Of a stretch of 45,043 bases of DNA, positions 18,550 through 28,490 are shown one piece after another (position 1 is the first letter of the stretch; each line of letters starts with the position of its first letter). This stretch comes from Gemmatimonadaceae bacterium. Its GTDB lineage: Bacteria > Gemmatimonadota > Gemmatimonadetes > Gemmatimonadales > Gemmatimonadaceae. The position numbers were made by a program, and so were the translations under genes. Below the pieces are notes generated by a model. It was not told the origin of the DNA and searched no databases. It saw only the letters and a program-made list of their open reading frames with translations. Where the stretch lies: positions 1-45,043 of the forward strand of contig JBBDYA010000006.1 of NCBI GenBank assembly GCA_040902005.1. Reading direction: 5' to 3'.

Positions 18550-19358
18550 CGTCTCGCGGCCGGGGATCCGGCGTTTCGCCGATGCGCGTTTTCCTGCTCG
18601 TGTCGGCGGCCGTGGCGATCGTCGCCGTAGCGTTCGCGTCCCAGCGGGTGGCAGCGGAACGTGGGGCCGGAACGCGCGCCGCGCCCGTGGCGTTACTGGC
18701 GTCTCCCGACGTGCCGATCGCCGCCGAGGCGCAGGTGTTTCGCACCGCCGCCGGGATGCTGGCGATCGAACCGGCCCTTGGCCCGCGGCGAGCAGCGCAT
18801 CCGAGATCACTGGCCACGTGGCGATCGCTGCGCGCGTACCCGGGCGCGCCGCCGCGCATTCCGCACGGGCTCACGCCTACGGAGTTCCGCACGGGCGGTT
18901 GCACGACGTGCCACGAGCGCGGGGGGTACTCGCAGCGGTTCGGGGCCTATGTGCCGATCACGCCGCACCCCGAGATGGGCGCGTGTTTGCAGTGCCATGT
19001 GGGCGACGCCACGCTCATGGCGATCGGGCTTCCGAGCACCGATCCGAGTGCACGGTGCCGGCAGTGTCACGCGGAGGGCGCCACGCGCTGGACGGAGTCG
19101 TCGGCGTGGACCACGCTGGAGTGGCCCCAGACGGTGACGACCACGCCCGGCCAGAGCCCGCCACCGATTCCGCATACCCTGCACCTGCGCGGCAACTGCC
19201 TGGCCTGTCACGCGCCGCCAACCGCCGTCGCGGAGATCCGGACCTCGCACCCGGAGCGAGCCAACTGCCGGCAGTGCCACGTGACGGCTGCGCCGAACGG
19301 CGCGGTGTTCGTCCGTCCGGCGCCGCCCACGGCTGCCCAGAGCGGGGGGGCGCCGTGA
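18546..19358 (+). CDS. NapB-like pentaheme cytochrome c
   Basis: YPGAPPRIPH and a second PPPIPH motif; 5 CxxCH; ATGA overlap with the upstream stop. Confidence 0.85.
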   Translation: MTSRGRGSGVSPMRVFLLVSAAVAIVAVAFASQRVAAERGAGTRAAPVALLASPDVPIAAEAQVFRTAAGMLAIEPALGPRRAAHPRSLATWRSLRAYPGAPPRIPHGLTPTEFRTGGCTTCHERGGYSQRFGAYVPITPHPEMGACLQCHVGDATLMAIGLPSTDPSARCRQCHAEGATRWTESSAWTTLEWPQTVTTTPGQSPPPIPHTLHLRGNCLACHAPPTAVAEIRTSHPERANCRQCHVTAAPNGAVFVRPAPPTAAQSGGAP

Positions 19359-20074
19359 TGCGCCGCCGTGGGGCCGCGACGATGTGGCGTGTGGCGCTGC
19401 TCGCGACGGCCGTGGGCTGCGGCGATCTCCGCCGTGCGTCGGTCACCGATACCGCGCGCGCGATCGCGCCGGCGGCAGCGATGATGGATACGCTGGCCAA
19501 TGCGACGCGCGAACCTGGCGCGCTCGCGACCGTGCTGGCGGCGCCAGTGCAACACTGGAGCGGGCCCGGCGCGCGGCCATTCGAGGTCACGCTCCGAACG
19601 GCCGATCCCACCACCGCACTCTCGCGCCGGTTCGGGATGATCACGCTGCGAACGTCGCTGCGGACGCGCGCGCCCGACCTCAACCAGTACCCGTGCACGT
19701 CGTGCCACCTGGGGAACACGATCCTGGCGGACCGGCGCGCGGCCGGCGCACATGAGAACATCCGGCCGGTGCACCCGGCGCAAACCGGCGCCGTCTGCTC
19801 GACCTGTCATGCGCCAGGCAACGTCGACTTGCTGGCGCTCAGGAGCGGTGAGCGCGAGACGCTGGATCACACCTACCGGCTGTGCGCGCAATGCCACTTC
19901 TCGCAAGCGGAGTCGTGGGCGGGTGGCGCCCACGGCAAGCGGCTCGACGGCTGGCAGGGTCGTCGCGTGCTGATGGGCTGCGCCGACTGCCATGATCCGC
20001 ACAAGCCCGCGCTGGAACCGCGTATCCCATTCCGCGCGCCGCAGCTCGAACGCGCTGGAGGCCGCTCGCCATGA
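19358..20074 (+). CDS. Tetraheme cytochrome c, probable lipoprotein
   Basis: AVGC lipobox-like motif; CTSCH, CSTCH, CAQCH, CADCH. Confidence 0.85.
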   Translation: MRRRGAATMWRVALLATAVGCGDLRRASVTDTARAIAPAAAMMDTLANATREPGALATVLAAPVQHWSGPGARPFEVTLRTADPTTALSRRFGMITLRTSLRTRAPDLNQYPCTSCHLGNTILADRRAAGAHENIRPVHPAQTGAVCSTCHAPGNVDLLALRSGERETLDHTYRLCAQCHFSQAESWAGGAHGKRLDGWQGRRVLMGCADCHDPHKPALEPRIPFRAPQLERAGGRSP

Positions 20075-21054
20075 CGATCGAACGCCCGGCTCCCCCCCCG
20101 GGGCCGAACGAGACCGACGACGGCTCGGTGATGCAGAAGCGCATGGACCGACGCCGGGCGCTGGGCGTGCTCTTCGGCGGGATGGCCGCCGGCGCGCAGG
20201 CCGTGAGCGCGTGCGCGCCGATCAGCGCCATGTCAGACGAGGAGCGGGAGGTCAAGCTGCTCGCGTGGCGGGAGTACATCAAGGGAAACTATCAGTTCAT
20301 GACGGAGGCCGAACGGGCGGAGACCATCGCGCGCCTCGAACGCCTTGCGCAGGTGAAGCGCGGCCTCGACGTGACGATCCAGTCCACGGGCGCCCAGCCG
20401 GGTGTCGTCTTCGGCTACGCCTTCAACATCTCGAAGTGCAAGGGGTTTCGCAGCTGCATCGAGGCGTGCATCAACGAGAACAACCTGGACCGGCGCGCCG
20501 CGACTCAGTACATCCGCATCTTCGAGATGGCGGATGGTGTGATCGACCTCGATCACGCCGATGCCACGTTCCAGCACGAGGTGCCTGCCGAGGGACACTT
20601 CTACATGGGCACGCAGTGCTTCCAGTGCGCGGATCCCCCGTGCGTGAAGGTCTGCCCCGTTGGCGCCACCTGGCAGGAGCCGGACGGCATCACCGTCATC
20701 GACTATGACTGGTGCATCGGCTGCCGCTACTGCATGGCGGCCTGCCCGTACTGGGCGCGCCGCTTCAACTGGAGCGAGCCGGAGGTGCCCGCCGCCCTGG
20801 TGAATCCGAATCAGCACTACCTGGGCAACCGCCAGCGCAAGATGGGCGCGGTCGAGAAATGCCACTTCTGCATTCATCGCACGCGCCAGGGCCGGCTGCC
20901 GGCGTGCGCGGAGGCATGCCCGACCGGCGCGCGGGTATTCGGCAACCTGCTGGATCCGAATTCGGAGATCCGGTGGGTGCTCGCCAACAAGCGCGTGTTC
21001 CGGTTGAAGGAAGATCTCAAGACGGAACCGCGGTTCTGGTACTACACGGACTGA
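20071..21054 (+). CDS. NrfC/DsrO/PsrB-like four-cluster Fe-S protein, Tat-like signal
   Basis: MDRRRALG; CKGFRSCIEAC, CFQCADPPCVKVCP, CIGCRYCMAACP and CHFC..ACAEACP. Confidence 0.92.
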   Translation: MTIERPAPPPGPNETDDGSVMQKRMDRRRALGVLFGGMAAGAQAVSACAPISAMSDEEREVKLLAWREYIKGNYQFMTEAERAETIARLERLAQVKRGLDVTIQSTGAQPGVVFGYAFNISKCKGFRSCIEACINENNLDRRAATQYIRIFEMADGVIDLDHADATFQHEVPAEGHFYMGTQCFQCADPPCVKVCPVGATWQEPDGITVIDYDWCIGCRYCMAACPYWARRFNWSEPEVPAALVNPNQHYLGNRQRKMGAVEKCHFCIHRTRQGRLPACAEACPTGARVFGNLLDPNSEIRWVLANKRVFRLKEDLKTEPRFWYYTD

Positions 21055-21061
21055 GGCCCTC

Positions 21062-22272
21062 GTGCACCTTCGACCCTTCGCGCGACACGCGCTGCACACG
21101 GCGACCTCCGGGGGACGGCGCTATCACCTGTGGATGGGCACCCTGACGCTCATCATGCTCGCGGGGGCGTACGCGTACGGCATTCAGCTGCGCTACGGTC
21201 TGGGCGTCACCGGGATGAACGACCACGTGAGCTGGGGACTCTACATCTCCAACTTCACGTTCCTGGTCGGGCTGGCGGCGGCCGCCATGATGCTCGTGCT
21301 TCCCGCCTACATCCTCCACGACGTGGATTTCAGTCGCGCCGTGCTCATGGCGGAGGCTGTCGCGGTGGCCGCGCTGGTCATGTGCCTCACCTTCGTGGTG
21401 GTGGACATCGGCAACCCACTGGGCGGCTGGCATCTCATGCCAGGCATCGGCTACCTGAACTGGCCGCGGTCGCTCCTGGCGTGGGACGTCCTGGTGCTCA
21501 ACGGCTACCTGGCGCTCAACCTCGCCATCCCATTCTACATCCTCTACACCCGGTACAGCGGGCGGACACCCGACAAGAAAAAGTACCTCCCCTGGATGTA
21601 CATCGCCGTCATGTGGGCGGTGAGCATTCACCTGGTGACGGCATTTCTGCTCGCGGGACTGCCCGCGCGGCCGTTCTGGAACACGGCGCTGCTGGGCCCC
21701 CGGTTCCTCGCCTCGGCATTCACCGCGGGTCCGGCGTTCGTGATTCTTCTGTTGTGGTTCATCCGGCGCGAAACGAACTACGAGATCGCCGACGGCGCGT
21801 TCACCAAGCTCGCGGTGGTCACGACGGTGGCGGCGCAGATCAACATCGTGATGCTCGGCTCGGAGCTGTTCTACAAGTTCTACTCGCCGACGCACCACGG
21901 CATCAACGCGAAGTACCTCTTCTTCGGCCTCGATGGCCACACCGCGCTGGTGCCGTGGATCTGGTCGGCGATTGGCCTGAACGTGCTCGCGACGACCGCC
22001 CTGATGATCCACCCCCTGCGCCGCAATCCGCAGTGGCTGATGCCCGCCTGCGCGGTGCTGTTCTTGAGCATCTGGGTCGAGAAGGGCCTGGGGCTGGTGG
22101 TGCCGGGGTTCATCCCGTCACCGCTCGGGGAGATCGTCGAGTACACGCCGAGCCTGGTCGAGCTGGGCGTCACGGCAGGCATCTGGGCGCTCGGCATGTT
22201 CGTGCTCACGGTGCTCGTGCGAGTGGCCCTGCCCATCGAACTGGGCGAGGCCCGCAGTCCCTACATCGATGA
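21062..22272 (+). CDS. NrfD/DsrP/PsrC-like membrane subunit; true stop uncertain (frame stays open to 24199)
   Basis: GLGVTGMNDHVSWGLYISNFTFLVG, VDIGNP, WPRSLLAWD, GPRFLASAF and YTPSLVE motifs; multiple TM helices. Homology-like sequence ends near 22270. Confidence 0.85.
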
Positions 22273-22400
22273 CGCACGGGTCACGACGATCGTGCGTCCG
22301 CGCAGCAGACGGTCCAAGCCGAAGGACACGCGCCCCGTGCGAACAGGGGGACCACGGCCGCGGGCGGCCGCCAGCGCATTCCCTCAGAGAGGTGATCGAC

Positions 22401-23357
22401 ATGACGCGACACAATCCGAACGACACCCGCTACTCGGTCGCCGCGCTCGCCGCGGGGCTGGTGGGCGGCGCCGGGCTGGCCGGCGCGCTGTTCCTGGTGG
22501 GCGCTCCGCTGCCGCTCGTGGCGGTCGCGGGCGTCGCGCTGTGGATGTTCCTCGCCGCAGCCATCAAGTACACGGACCAGTGGGAAAAGGCCGTGCTGAT
22601 GCGGCTCGGCCGCTACCGCGGACTGCGCGGCCCCGGCTATTTCACCGTCATCCCGATCCTCGATCGGATCGCGTACACCATCGATCGGCGCATCCGGACC
22701 ACCGCGTTCGGCGCGGAATCATGTCTCACGCGAGACACCGTGCCCGTCAACGTCGACGCCATCGCGTTCTGGATCGTCCGCGACGCGGAGCGCGCCGCCC
22801 TCGAGGTGCAGGATTACGACGAGGCGGTGATTCTGTCGGCGCAGACCGCGTTGCGCGACGCCATCGGCAAGCACGACCTCGCGGAGTTGATCCAGTCGCG
22901 CGTCGAGCTCGGGCACGGACTCAAGGCGGCGCTCGAGGTCAAGATGCAGAATTGGGGGATCGAGGTGCAGTCGGTCGAGATCCGCGATGTCATCATCCCG
23001 GCCGCGCTCGAGGATGCCATGTCGCGTCAGGCGCAGGCCGAGCGCGAGCGGCAGGCCCGCATCATCCTCGGCACCGCGGAGACCGAGATCGCGCACAAGT
23101 TCGTCGAAGCGGCGGACGCGTACCGCGACCATCCCGTCGCGCTGAACCTGCGCGCCATGAACATGTTGTACGAAAGCATCGTCAAGCGCGGCTCGCTGAT
23201 GGTCGTGCCGTCGGGGCTGGCCGATTCGCTGAACGTGCCCTCGCTGCTTGGTGTCGCGGGCGCGAGCGGACTCGTGCCGAAGGAGGGCCTCGATGGCACC
23301 GTTGCCCCAGCCGGGGGGGGGGGGGGGCCAGGGTCGAAGCCCGCGCCGCTGGCGTAG
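22401..23357 (+). CDS. SPFH/band 7 (slipin) family protein
   Basis: RBS GAGAGGTG; QWEKAVLMRLGR, LTRDTVPVNVDA and QAQAERERQARII. Confidence 0.92.
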   Translation: MTRHNPNDTRYSVAALAAGLVGGAGLAGALFLVGAPLPLVAVAGVALWMFLAAAIKYTDQWEKAVLMRLGRYRGLRGPGYFTVIPILDRIAYTIDRRIRTTAFGAESCLTRDTVPVNVDAIAFWIVRDAERAALEVQDYDEAVILSAQTALRDAIGKHDLAELIQSRVELGHGLKAALEVKMQNWGIEVQSVEIRDVIIPAALEDAMSRQAQAERERQARIILGTAETEIAHKFVEAADAYRDHPVALNLRAMNMLYESIVKRGSLMVVPSGLADSLNVPSLLGVAGASGLVPKEGLDGTVAPAGGGGGPGSKPAPLA

Positions 23358-23383
23358 GCGACTGGAGTCGACTGGCGACGTGG

Positions 23384-24109
23384 TCAGCGTGGCCGCGCGA
23401 GCTCCACGGCCGCGCGGATATCGGCGTCGTGGTCGGCGTACTCGGGGAGGGCGCGCGCCCGCTCCGTCGGTTCCGCGGCGACCAGTCGCCGGCGGAGGGC
23501 GGCCGCCGCCGGGGCATCCCCGCGCGCGTCGGCCACGCGCGCGGCGAGCGAGAGTCCCAGCAAGTGGTCGCGGTGGCGCGCAAGAATGGTGTCGGCCTGC
23601 GCAGCCGCGCGCGCTGCGTCACCCATGACGAGCGCCACGAGTCCCATGTCGTAGCGCCGGTGGGCGTCCAGCGGCGTGAGGACCTCGAGCGCGCCCAGTG
23701 CCATCGACCCGAAGAACGCGGCGCTGTCCGCCTTCCCTTCGCTGGAGAGCCGCATGACACGGTTGAACAGCCGATCGGCCTGTTCCTCCGGCGACATGGA
23801 CGAAATGTCCGGCGCCTGCATGGGCCTCGCGCCAAGCGGCATCGCGCCCGCGGGGCCTTGCCGCGTCTCTGCCTCGCGCGAATCGAACCCGGCCACGGTG
23901 AGCGCGACGAGCGCGAATACCGCGATCGCCGGCAGTCCCCACCGCAACGCGGGCGCGAGCGCCGACGCAGATGGCGTGGCGGCGCGCGGCCCCCCCCCCC
24001 CGTGCATGGGCAGCCCGCACTCATGACAGAAGCGCGCGTCCGGATTGAACCGCGTACCGCATTCATTGCAGAATTTCGGCGTGGGCGGCGTGGAGTTCGC
24101 CTGCGTCAT
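23384..24109 (-). CDS. Zinc-ribbon, TM and helical (TPR-like) protein, last gene of the ccm operon
   Basis: FCNECG...FCHECG, one TM segment, Ala-rich helical C-terminus. The start overlaps the ccmH stop. Confidence 0.75.
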   Translation of the reverse strand: MTQANSTPPTPKFCNECGTRFNPDARFCHECGLPMHGGGGPRAATPSASALAPALRWGLPAIAVFALVALTVAGFDSREAETRQGPAGAMPLGARPMQAPDISSMSPEEQADRLFNRVMRLSSEGKADSAAFFGSMALGALEVLTPLDAHRRYDMGLVALVMGDAARAAAQADTILARHRDHLLGLSLAARVADARGDAPAAAALRRRLVAAEPTERARALPEYADHDADIRAAVELARPR

Positions 24110-24564
24110 TGTATTCCTGCCTCCGGCGTCGTCCATCGCCGTACGAGGTACGCGACGAAAGCCAGTCCGCCGACCATGAGCAGCACCGGAAGCACGTAGA
24201 GAGCGATGTTGAGCCCCGACATCGCGGGCTCGAGCAGAATCCATTCGCCGTACCTGGAGACGAAATACGCCTTGATCTCGTCCGGTGATTCGCCCGCGCG
24301 CAGCCGGTCGCGAACCACCGCGCGCATCTGCTGGGCGAGTTCGGCCGGTGAATCCTGGATGGACTCGCCCTGGCACACCGGGCAGCGGAGCGTGGACGCC
24401 ACGGCGGTCGTCCTCGCCTCGAGTTCGTCGTCCGCAGCAGTCGGCGTCGCCGCCGCGTGAGGTATCGCGCCCAGGGCCGCGGTATCCTGCGCGAACGCAG
24501 TCGTGGCGCCGCCGAGCGCCAGGGACGACGCCGTGACTATCAGCGCGAGTGATGCATGTCTCAT
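24106..24564 (-). CDS. ccmH: Cytochrome c biogenesis protein CcmH (CcmL-type)
   Basis: LRCPVCQGESIQDS and FVSRYGEWILLEP. Confidence 0.92.
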   Translation of the reverse strand: MRHASLALIVTASSLALGGATTAFAQDTAALGAIPHAAATPTAADDELEARTTAVASTLRCPVCQGESIQDSPAELAQQMRAVVRDRLRAGESPDEIKAYFVSRYGEWILLEPAMSGLNIALYVLPVLLMVGGLAFVAYLVRRWTTPEAGIQ

Positions 24565-25154
24565 GGGGCCGAGTCGCGCGGTGTCATGCCGGTGGGCATC
24601 GCCGCCGGCAACAGGGAATCGATCTTCGAGCGCAGCACCCTCGCGGAAATCGGTCCGAGGTGCTTGTACGCGATGCGCCCGGCCGGATCCACAATGAACG
24701 TCTCGGGCACGCCGTACAACCCGAAATCGATCGCCGTGAGCGAGCCCCGGTCCGTCACGGACGGATAACTCTGCCCGCCCATGCCCTCGATCCAGCGGAG
24801 GCCGAGATTCTGGCGGTCGTTGTAGAGCACGCCGATGAACTGCGTCGGCCGGTCGGCGTACTCCCGGGCCGTTTCGCTGAGCGCGACGTGCTCGTCGCGG
24901 CACGCCACGCACCACGACGCCCAGAAATTGACCACCACCACCTTGCCCGCGAGATCACGGAGGCGAATGCTGTCTCCGACGGATCGGCTCAGCGTTCCCT
25001 CGCCGGGCGCGAAGACCGCGAGCGAGAAATCCGGGGCGGGATTCCCCGGAAGGGGCGATGGGATCTCACCCGGATCGCGAGTGAAGCCAAAGGCGAACAG
25101 CGCGATCACCGGCACGGCGGTGAGCACGGCGACGGTGGCGCGCCCCCAATTCAT
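24561..25154 (-). CDS. ccmG: CcmG/DsbE thiol-disulfide oxidoreductase
   Basis: VNFWASWCVAC and YGVPETF; position in the operon. Confidence 0.9.
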   Translation of the reverse strand: MNWGRATVAVLTAVPVIALFAFGFTRDPGEIPSPLPGNPAPDFSLAVFAPGEGTLSRSVGDSIRLRDLAGKVVVVNFWASWCVACRDEHVALSETAREYADRPTQFIGVLYNDRQNLGLRWIEGMGGQSYPSVTDRGSLTAIDFGLYGVPETFIVDPAGRIAYKHLGPISARVLRSKIDSLLPAAMPTGMTPRDSAP

Positions 25155-27208
25155 GCGTCCACCCCCACCCCCACCCCCACCCCCACCCCCACCCCCATCC
25201 GCGCGACGTCCGGCGCCGCGGGCAGCGCGCCGCCCGCGATGGCTCGTGCCTCCGCGCTGCGCCGCCCGCCGTGGAACATGCCGATACCGGCCCCAAGCAC
25301 CATGACGAACCCACCAAACCAGATCCACGGCACCAGCGGCTCCACGATCACCTTGACCGTGGCGTGGGCGCCGTTTGCATCGAATGCCTGGAGGTTGATG
25401 TAGAGATCCCCCTTGATGCTGCTGCGCACGTCCGGCGTGGGCACCGGCTGGTCGGACACGTGGTAATAGTTCATGCGCGGCTCGACGGACGCGATGACCG
25501 CGCCGTCGTTCCCGAGTACGTCCATCGTGGCGCCGATCACCGAGCGCTGCGGCTCCTCGCGTCCCCACACGTTCTTCAGTCGCACTGTGTGGCCGGCCAC
25601 GGTGAGCGTTTCGCCCGGCCGGAGGGTGGCCTCGCGCTCCGACCTGAACGTCGAGGAGGCCGTGACGCCCAGGGCGACGAACAGGATGCCGATGTGTGCC
25701 ACGTAGCCGCCGTAGCGACGCCGGTTGCCGCCGACGAGTCGCGCCAGTGCCGTGGGCCACACTTCCCCATGCGCGCGATGCCGGGCGCGCGTGCCGGTCC
25801 AGAACTCGCGCACGTTGGCCATGGCCGCGTACCCGACGCATGCGAACGCGAGAATCGCGTACACGCTGCGGGCGCCGGCCAGCACGCCGGCCGCGGCGAG
25901 CAGCACCGCGGCCACGAGGGGCGGCAGCAGCCGTTTGCGCGCCTCGGGCCACGACGTACTTCCCCACGGCAGCGACGGGCCCACTCCCATGAGAAACACC
26001 AAGGCCACCATCGCCGGAATCGTCATCCGGTTGAAGAATGGCTCACCCACGCTGACCTTCACGCCGCGCACCGCTTCGGCGATGAGCGGGTACAACGTGC
26101 CCACCAGAACGGTCAGCGTGACGGCGGTGAGAAACAGGTTGTTCAGGAGGAACACGGTCTCACGCGACGCCGCCCCGCCCAGGTTCCCCCGGGAACGCAG
26201 GTGCTCCGAGTTCCCCGCGACCAGCACCAGCGCCAGCACCAGCACGATCGCGATGAGCGCGAGAAAGTAGTAGCCGATGGTGCCGGTCGTGAACGCGTGC
26301 ACCGACGAGAGGATTCCGGATCGGGTCAGGAAGGTGCCGAGAATCGTCAGGACGAATGTCGAGATGCACAGGTTCAGCGTCCACAGCCGGATCATGTTGC
26401 GCCGCTCCTGCACCATCACCGAGTGGAGGTAGGCGGTGGCGGTGAGCCACGGAAGAAACGACGCGTTCTCCACCGGATCCCACGCCCAGTACCCGCCCCA
26501 CCCGAGCACCTCGTACGACCACCACATGCCCGCGATGATCGCGGCCGACAGGAACCCCCACGACGCCAGCATCCAGCGCCGTGACAGGTAGGACCAGTCG
26601 TTCGATTGCGCCTCGCCGGACACGATGGCGCCGAAGGCGAACGCAAAGGGCACCGTCATGCCCACGTAGCCGAGGTACAGCAGCGGCGGGTGTACGGCCA
26701 TCAGGACGTGGTTCTGCAGCAGTGTGTTCGGCCCTGGCCCGTCCAGCGGCACGGGAAACACGGGACGAAACGGATCGGCCGGTCCCACGAGGAGCACCGC
26801 GAAAAACGCCGCGGTGGCGAGCAGGACCATCGTGGCATACGGCACCAGGTTGCCCGCGCGGCCATGGTGGAACCACACGACCGCCGCGGCGTAGAGGGCC
26901 AGCACCCACGCCCAGAAGAGAATCGAGCCCTCGAGCGCGCCCCACAGCGAAATGACCGTGAACAGCAGGGGCGTGGCGCGGCTTCCAACCGCCGCCACGT
27001 ACGAGACGGAAAAGTCGTGCGTGACGAGCGCCACGATCATCAGCCCGGTGGCGATGCTCACGAGCAGGAAATTCGTGTAGACCGCGCCGTACACCAGCTG
27101 CAGCCATTCGCGCCGGCCGGTCCGGATCGCGATCGGCGTCAGGATCGCCCCCAGCGCGACCGTGGCGACCGACACCAGCAGCGCGTTGTGCGCGAGGAGA
27201 CCGATCAC
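25151..27208 (-). CDS. ccmF: Heme lyase CcmF
   Basis: HPPLLYLGY, WGGYWAWDPVENAS and SVHAF. GTG start overlaps the ccmE stop. Confidence 0.96.
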   Translation of the reverse strand: MIGLLAHNALLVSVATVALGAILTPIAIRTGRREWLQLVYGAVYTNFLLVSIATGLMIVALVTHDFSVSYVAAVGSRATPLLFTVISLWGALEGSILFWAWVLALYAAAVVWFHHGRAGNLVPYATMVLLATAAFFAVLLVGPADPFRPVFPVPLDGPGPNTLLQNHVLMAVHPPLLYLGYVGMTVPFAFAFGAIVSGEAQSNDWSYLSRRWMLASWGFLSAAIIAGMWWSYEVLGWGGYWAWDPVENASFLPWLTATAYLHSVMVQERRNMIRLWTLNLCISTFVLTILGTFLTRSGILSSVHAFTTGTIGYYFLALIAIVLVLALVLVAGNSEHLRSRGNLGGAASRETVFLLNNLFLTAVTLTVLVGTLYPLIAEAVRGVKVSVGEPFFNRMTIPAMVALVFLMGVGPSLPWGSTSWPEARKRLLPPLVAAVLLAAAGVLAGARSVYAILAFACVGYAAMANVREFWTGTRARHRAHGEVWPTALARLVGGNRRRYGGYVAHIGILFVALGVTASSTFRSEREATLRPGETLTVAGHTVRLKNVWGREEPQRSVIGATMDVLGNDGAVIASVEPRMNYYHVSDQPVPTPDVRSSIKGDLYINLQAFDANGAHATVKVIVEPLVPWIWFGGFVMVLGAGIGMFHGGRRSAEARAIAGGALPAAPDVARMGVGVGVGVGVGVDA

Positions 27209-27645
27209 GGCGTGGACTGCTTGATGAGCGTCTTGTACTTCTCGTGCGCTTCCTCGCCGGGCTTGGGCGCGCGGTACTCGTTCGAGTGCTTCACCATGAG
27301 CTCCGACGCCTGGAACACGCCGCCCCCACCGACGCGTCCTTCCACGATGACGCCCATCCCGTCGCGGAACATCTGCGGCGGAGCGCCCGTGGAGCGCACC
27401 GGCATCTCCTGCGCGCCATCGGTGACGGTGAAGCGCAGGTCGAGCGTCTCCGCGTCCCACACCACGGAGCCGGGCTTCACTTGCCCGCCCAGGCGCACGG
27501 GCACGCCTACACCGTCAGCGCCCTTCGCCAGCAACTCCTGTGGCGTGAGAAAGAACACCACGTTCTCCTGCAGGCCTCCGAACAGCAACCAGGCGAAAAC
27601 CGCGAGGATCGCGCCTGCACCCCAGAGCACCGGTGCGCGTTTCAT
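27205..27645 (-). CDS. ccmE: Heme chaperone CcmE
   Basis: VRLGGQVKPGS, PPQMFRDG and KHSNEY heme-binding motif. Confidence 0.95.
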   Translation of the reverse strand: MKRAPVLWGAGAILAVFAWLLFGGLQENVVFFLTPQELLAKGADGVGVPVRLGGQVKPGSVVWDAETLDLRFTVTDGAQEMPVRSTGAPPQMFRDGMGVIVEGRVGGGGVFQASELMVKHSNEYRAPKPGEEAHEKYKTLIKQSTP

Positions 27646-27798
27646 CTACTCATTCTCCTTGACGTGCTCCTGCCGCGAACGCGCGGCGGCGGCGTTGACC
27701 CGTCCGGCCGCGCGCGCAAGACGCACCATATAGCCAAGCAGGACCATCCACATCACCGCGTACGCCGCGATGATGAACGTCTGGTTCGACGCGATCAT
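27646..27798 (-). CDS. ccmD: Heme exporter protein CcmD (50 aa, not in the ORF track)
   Basis: MIASNQTFIIAAYAVMWMVLLGYMVRLAR...: a single TM with conserved AY and a basic tail, located between ccmC and ccmE. Confidence 0.85.
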   Translation of the reverse strand: MIASNQTFIIAAYAVMWMVLLGYMVRLARAAGRVNAAAARSRQEHVKENE

Positions 27799-27800
27799 CG

Positions 27801-28490
27801 TCAGCGCCCCCCCCCCATGGCAGCCGCTTCAGCGGCGTGTTCGATGGCTCGCTCGAGCCGCGCAATCTGGTAGCGCCTTCGGATAAAATAGACCGTGACC
27901 AGCAGCAGCGCGATTGCGTTGAGCCGCAACCCGAGTGTATACGCCGGGTCGAGCGTGGCCGGACTGGATGGGGGCTGATGGAGTGTTCGCCACCACAGCA
28001 CGGACATATAGACGATCGGCACGTTGATGGCGCCGATCGCGCCCACCGCCGCGCTCCATCGCGCCCGCTGGTCGGCGTCATCGACGTACGCGCGCAGCGC
28101 CAGGTAGCCGACGAAGATGAGGAACAGGACGAGCGTGGAGGTGAGGCGCGCGTCCCACACCCACCACACCCCCCAGGCCGGCCGGCCCCACAGCATGCCG
28201 AGCATGAGGGTCAGGCCGGTGAACATTGCTCCGACCTCGGCCGCCGACGCGGCGAGCAGGTCGTCGTTCTCCCTGCGCCGCCACAGATAGCGGAGGCTGA
28301 AGACGAGCACGACGAAAAAGGCGATGAACGCCATCCACGCCGCCGGCACGTGCACGTACATGATCTTCTGGAGATGCCCCATGTCGGCATCGGCGGGCGA
28401 CGTCAGGATGGCATGCGTCTGGGCCGCGATCAGCGCGCCGAAACTGACCAGCGGCAGCCAGCGACTGTTGCCCTCAGGCTTCAATGACAT
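27801..28490 (-). CDS. ccmC: Heme exporter protein CcmC
   Basis: IMYVHVP, WGRPAWGVWWVWDARLT and TLHQ. Confidence 0.95.
   Translation of the reverse strand: MSLKPEGNSRWLPLVSFGALIAAQTHAILTSPADADMGHLQKIMYVHVPAAWMAFIAFFVVLVFSLRYLWRRRENDDLLAASAAEVGAMFTGLTLMLGMLWGRPAWGVWWVWDARLTSTLVLFLIFVGYLALRAYVDDADQRARWSAAVGAIGAINVPIVYMSVLWWRTLHQPPSSPATLDPAYTLGLRLNAIALLLVTVYFIRRRYQIARLERAIEHAAEAAAMGGGR

Noticed and set aside
22273..24199. NrfD fusion with a 600-aa extra domain
   Set aside because: The extension is a low-complexity off-frame reading of the SPFH gene and the antisense zinc-ribbon gene.
25160..25198. (ACCCCC)n hexamer repeat as a phase-variation switch
   Set aside because: The unit is a multiple of 3 at the extreme C-terminus of CcmF (GVGVGV), so length change would not shift the frame.
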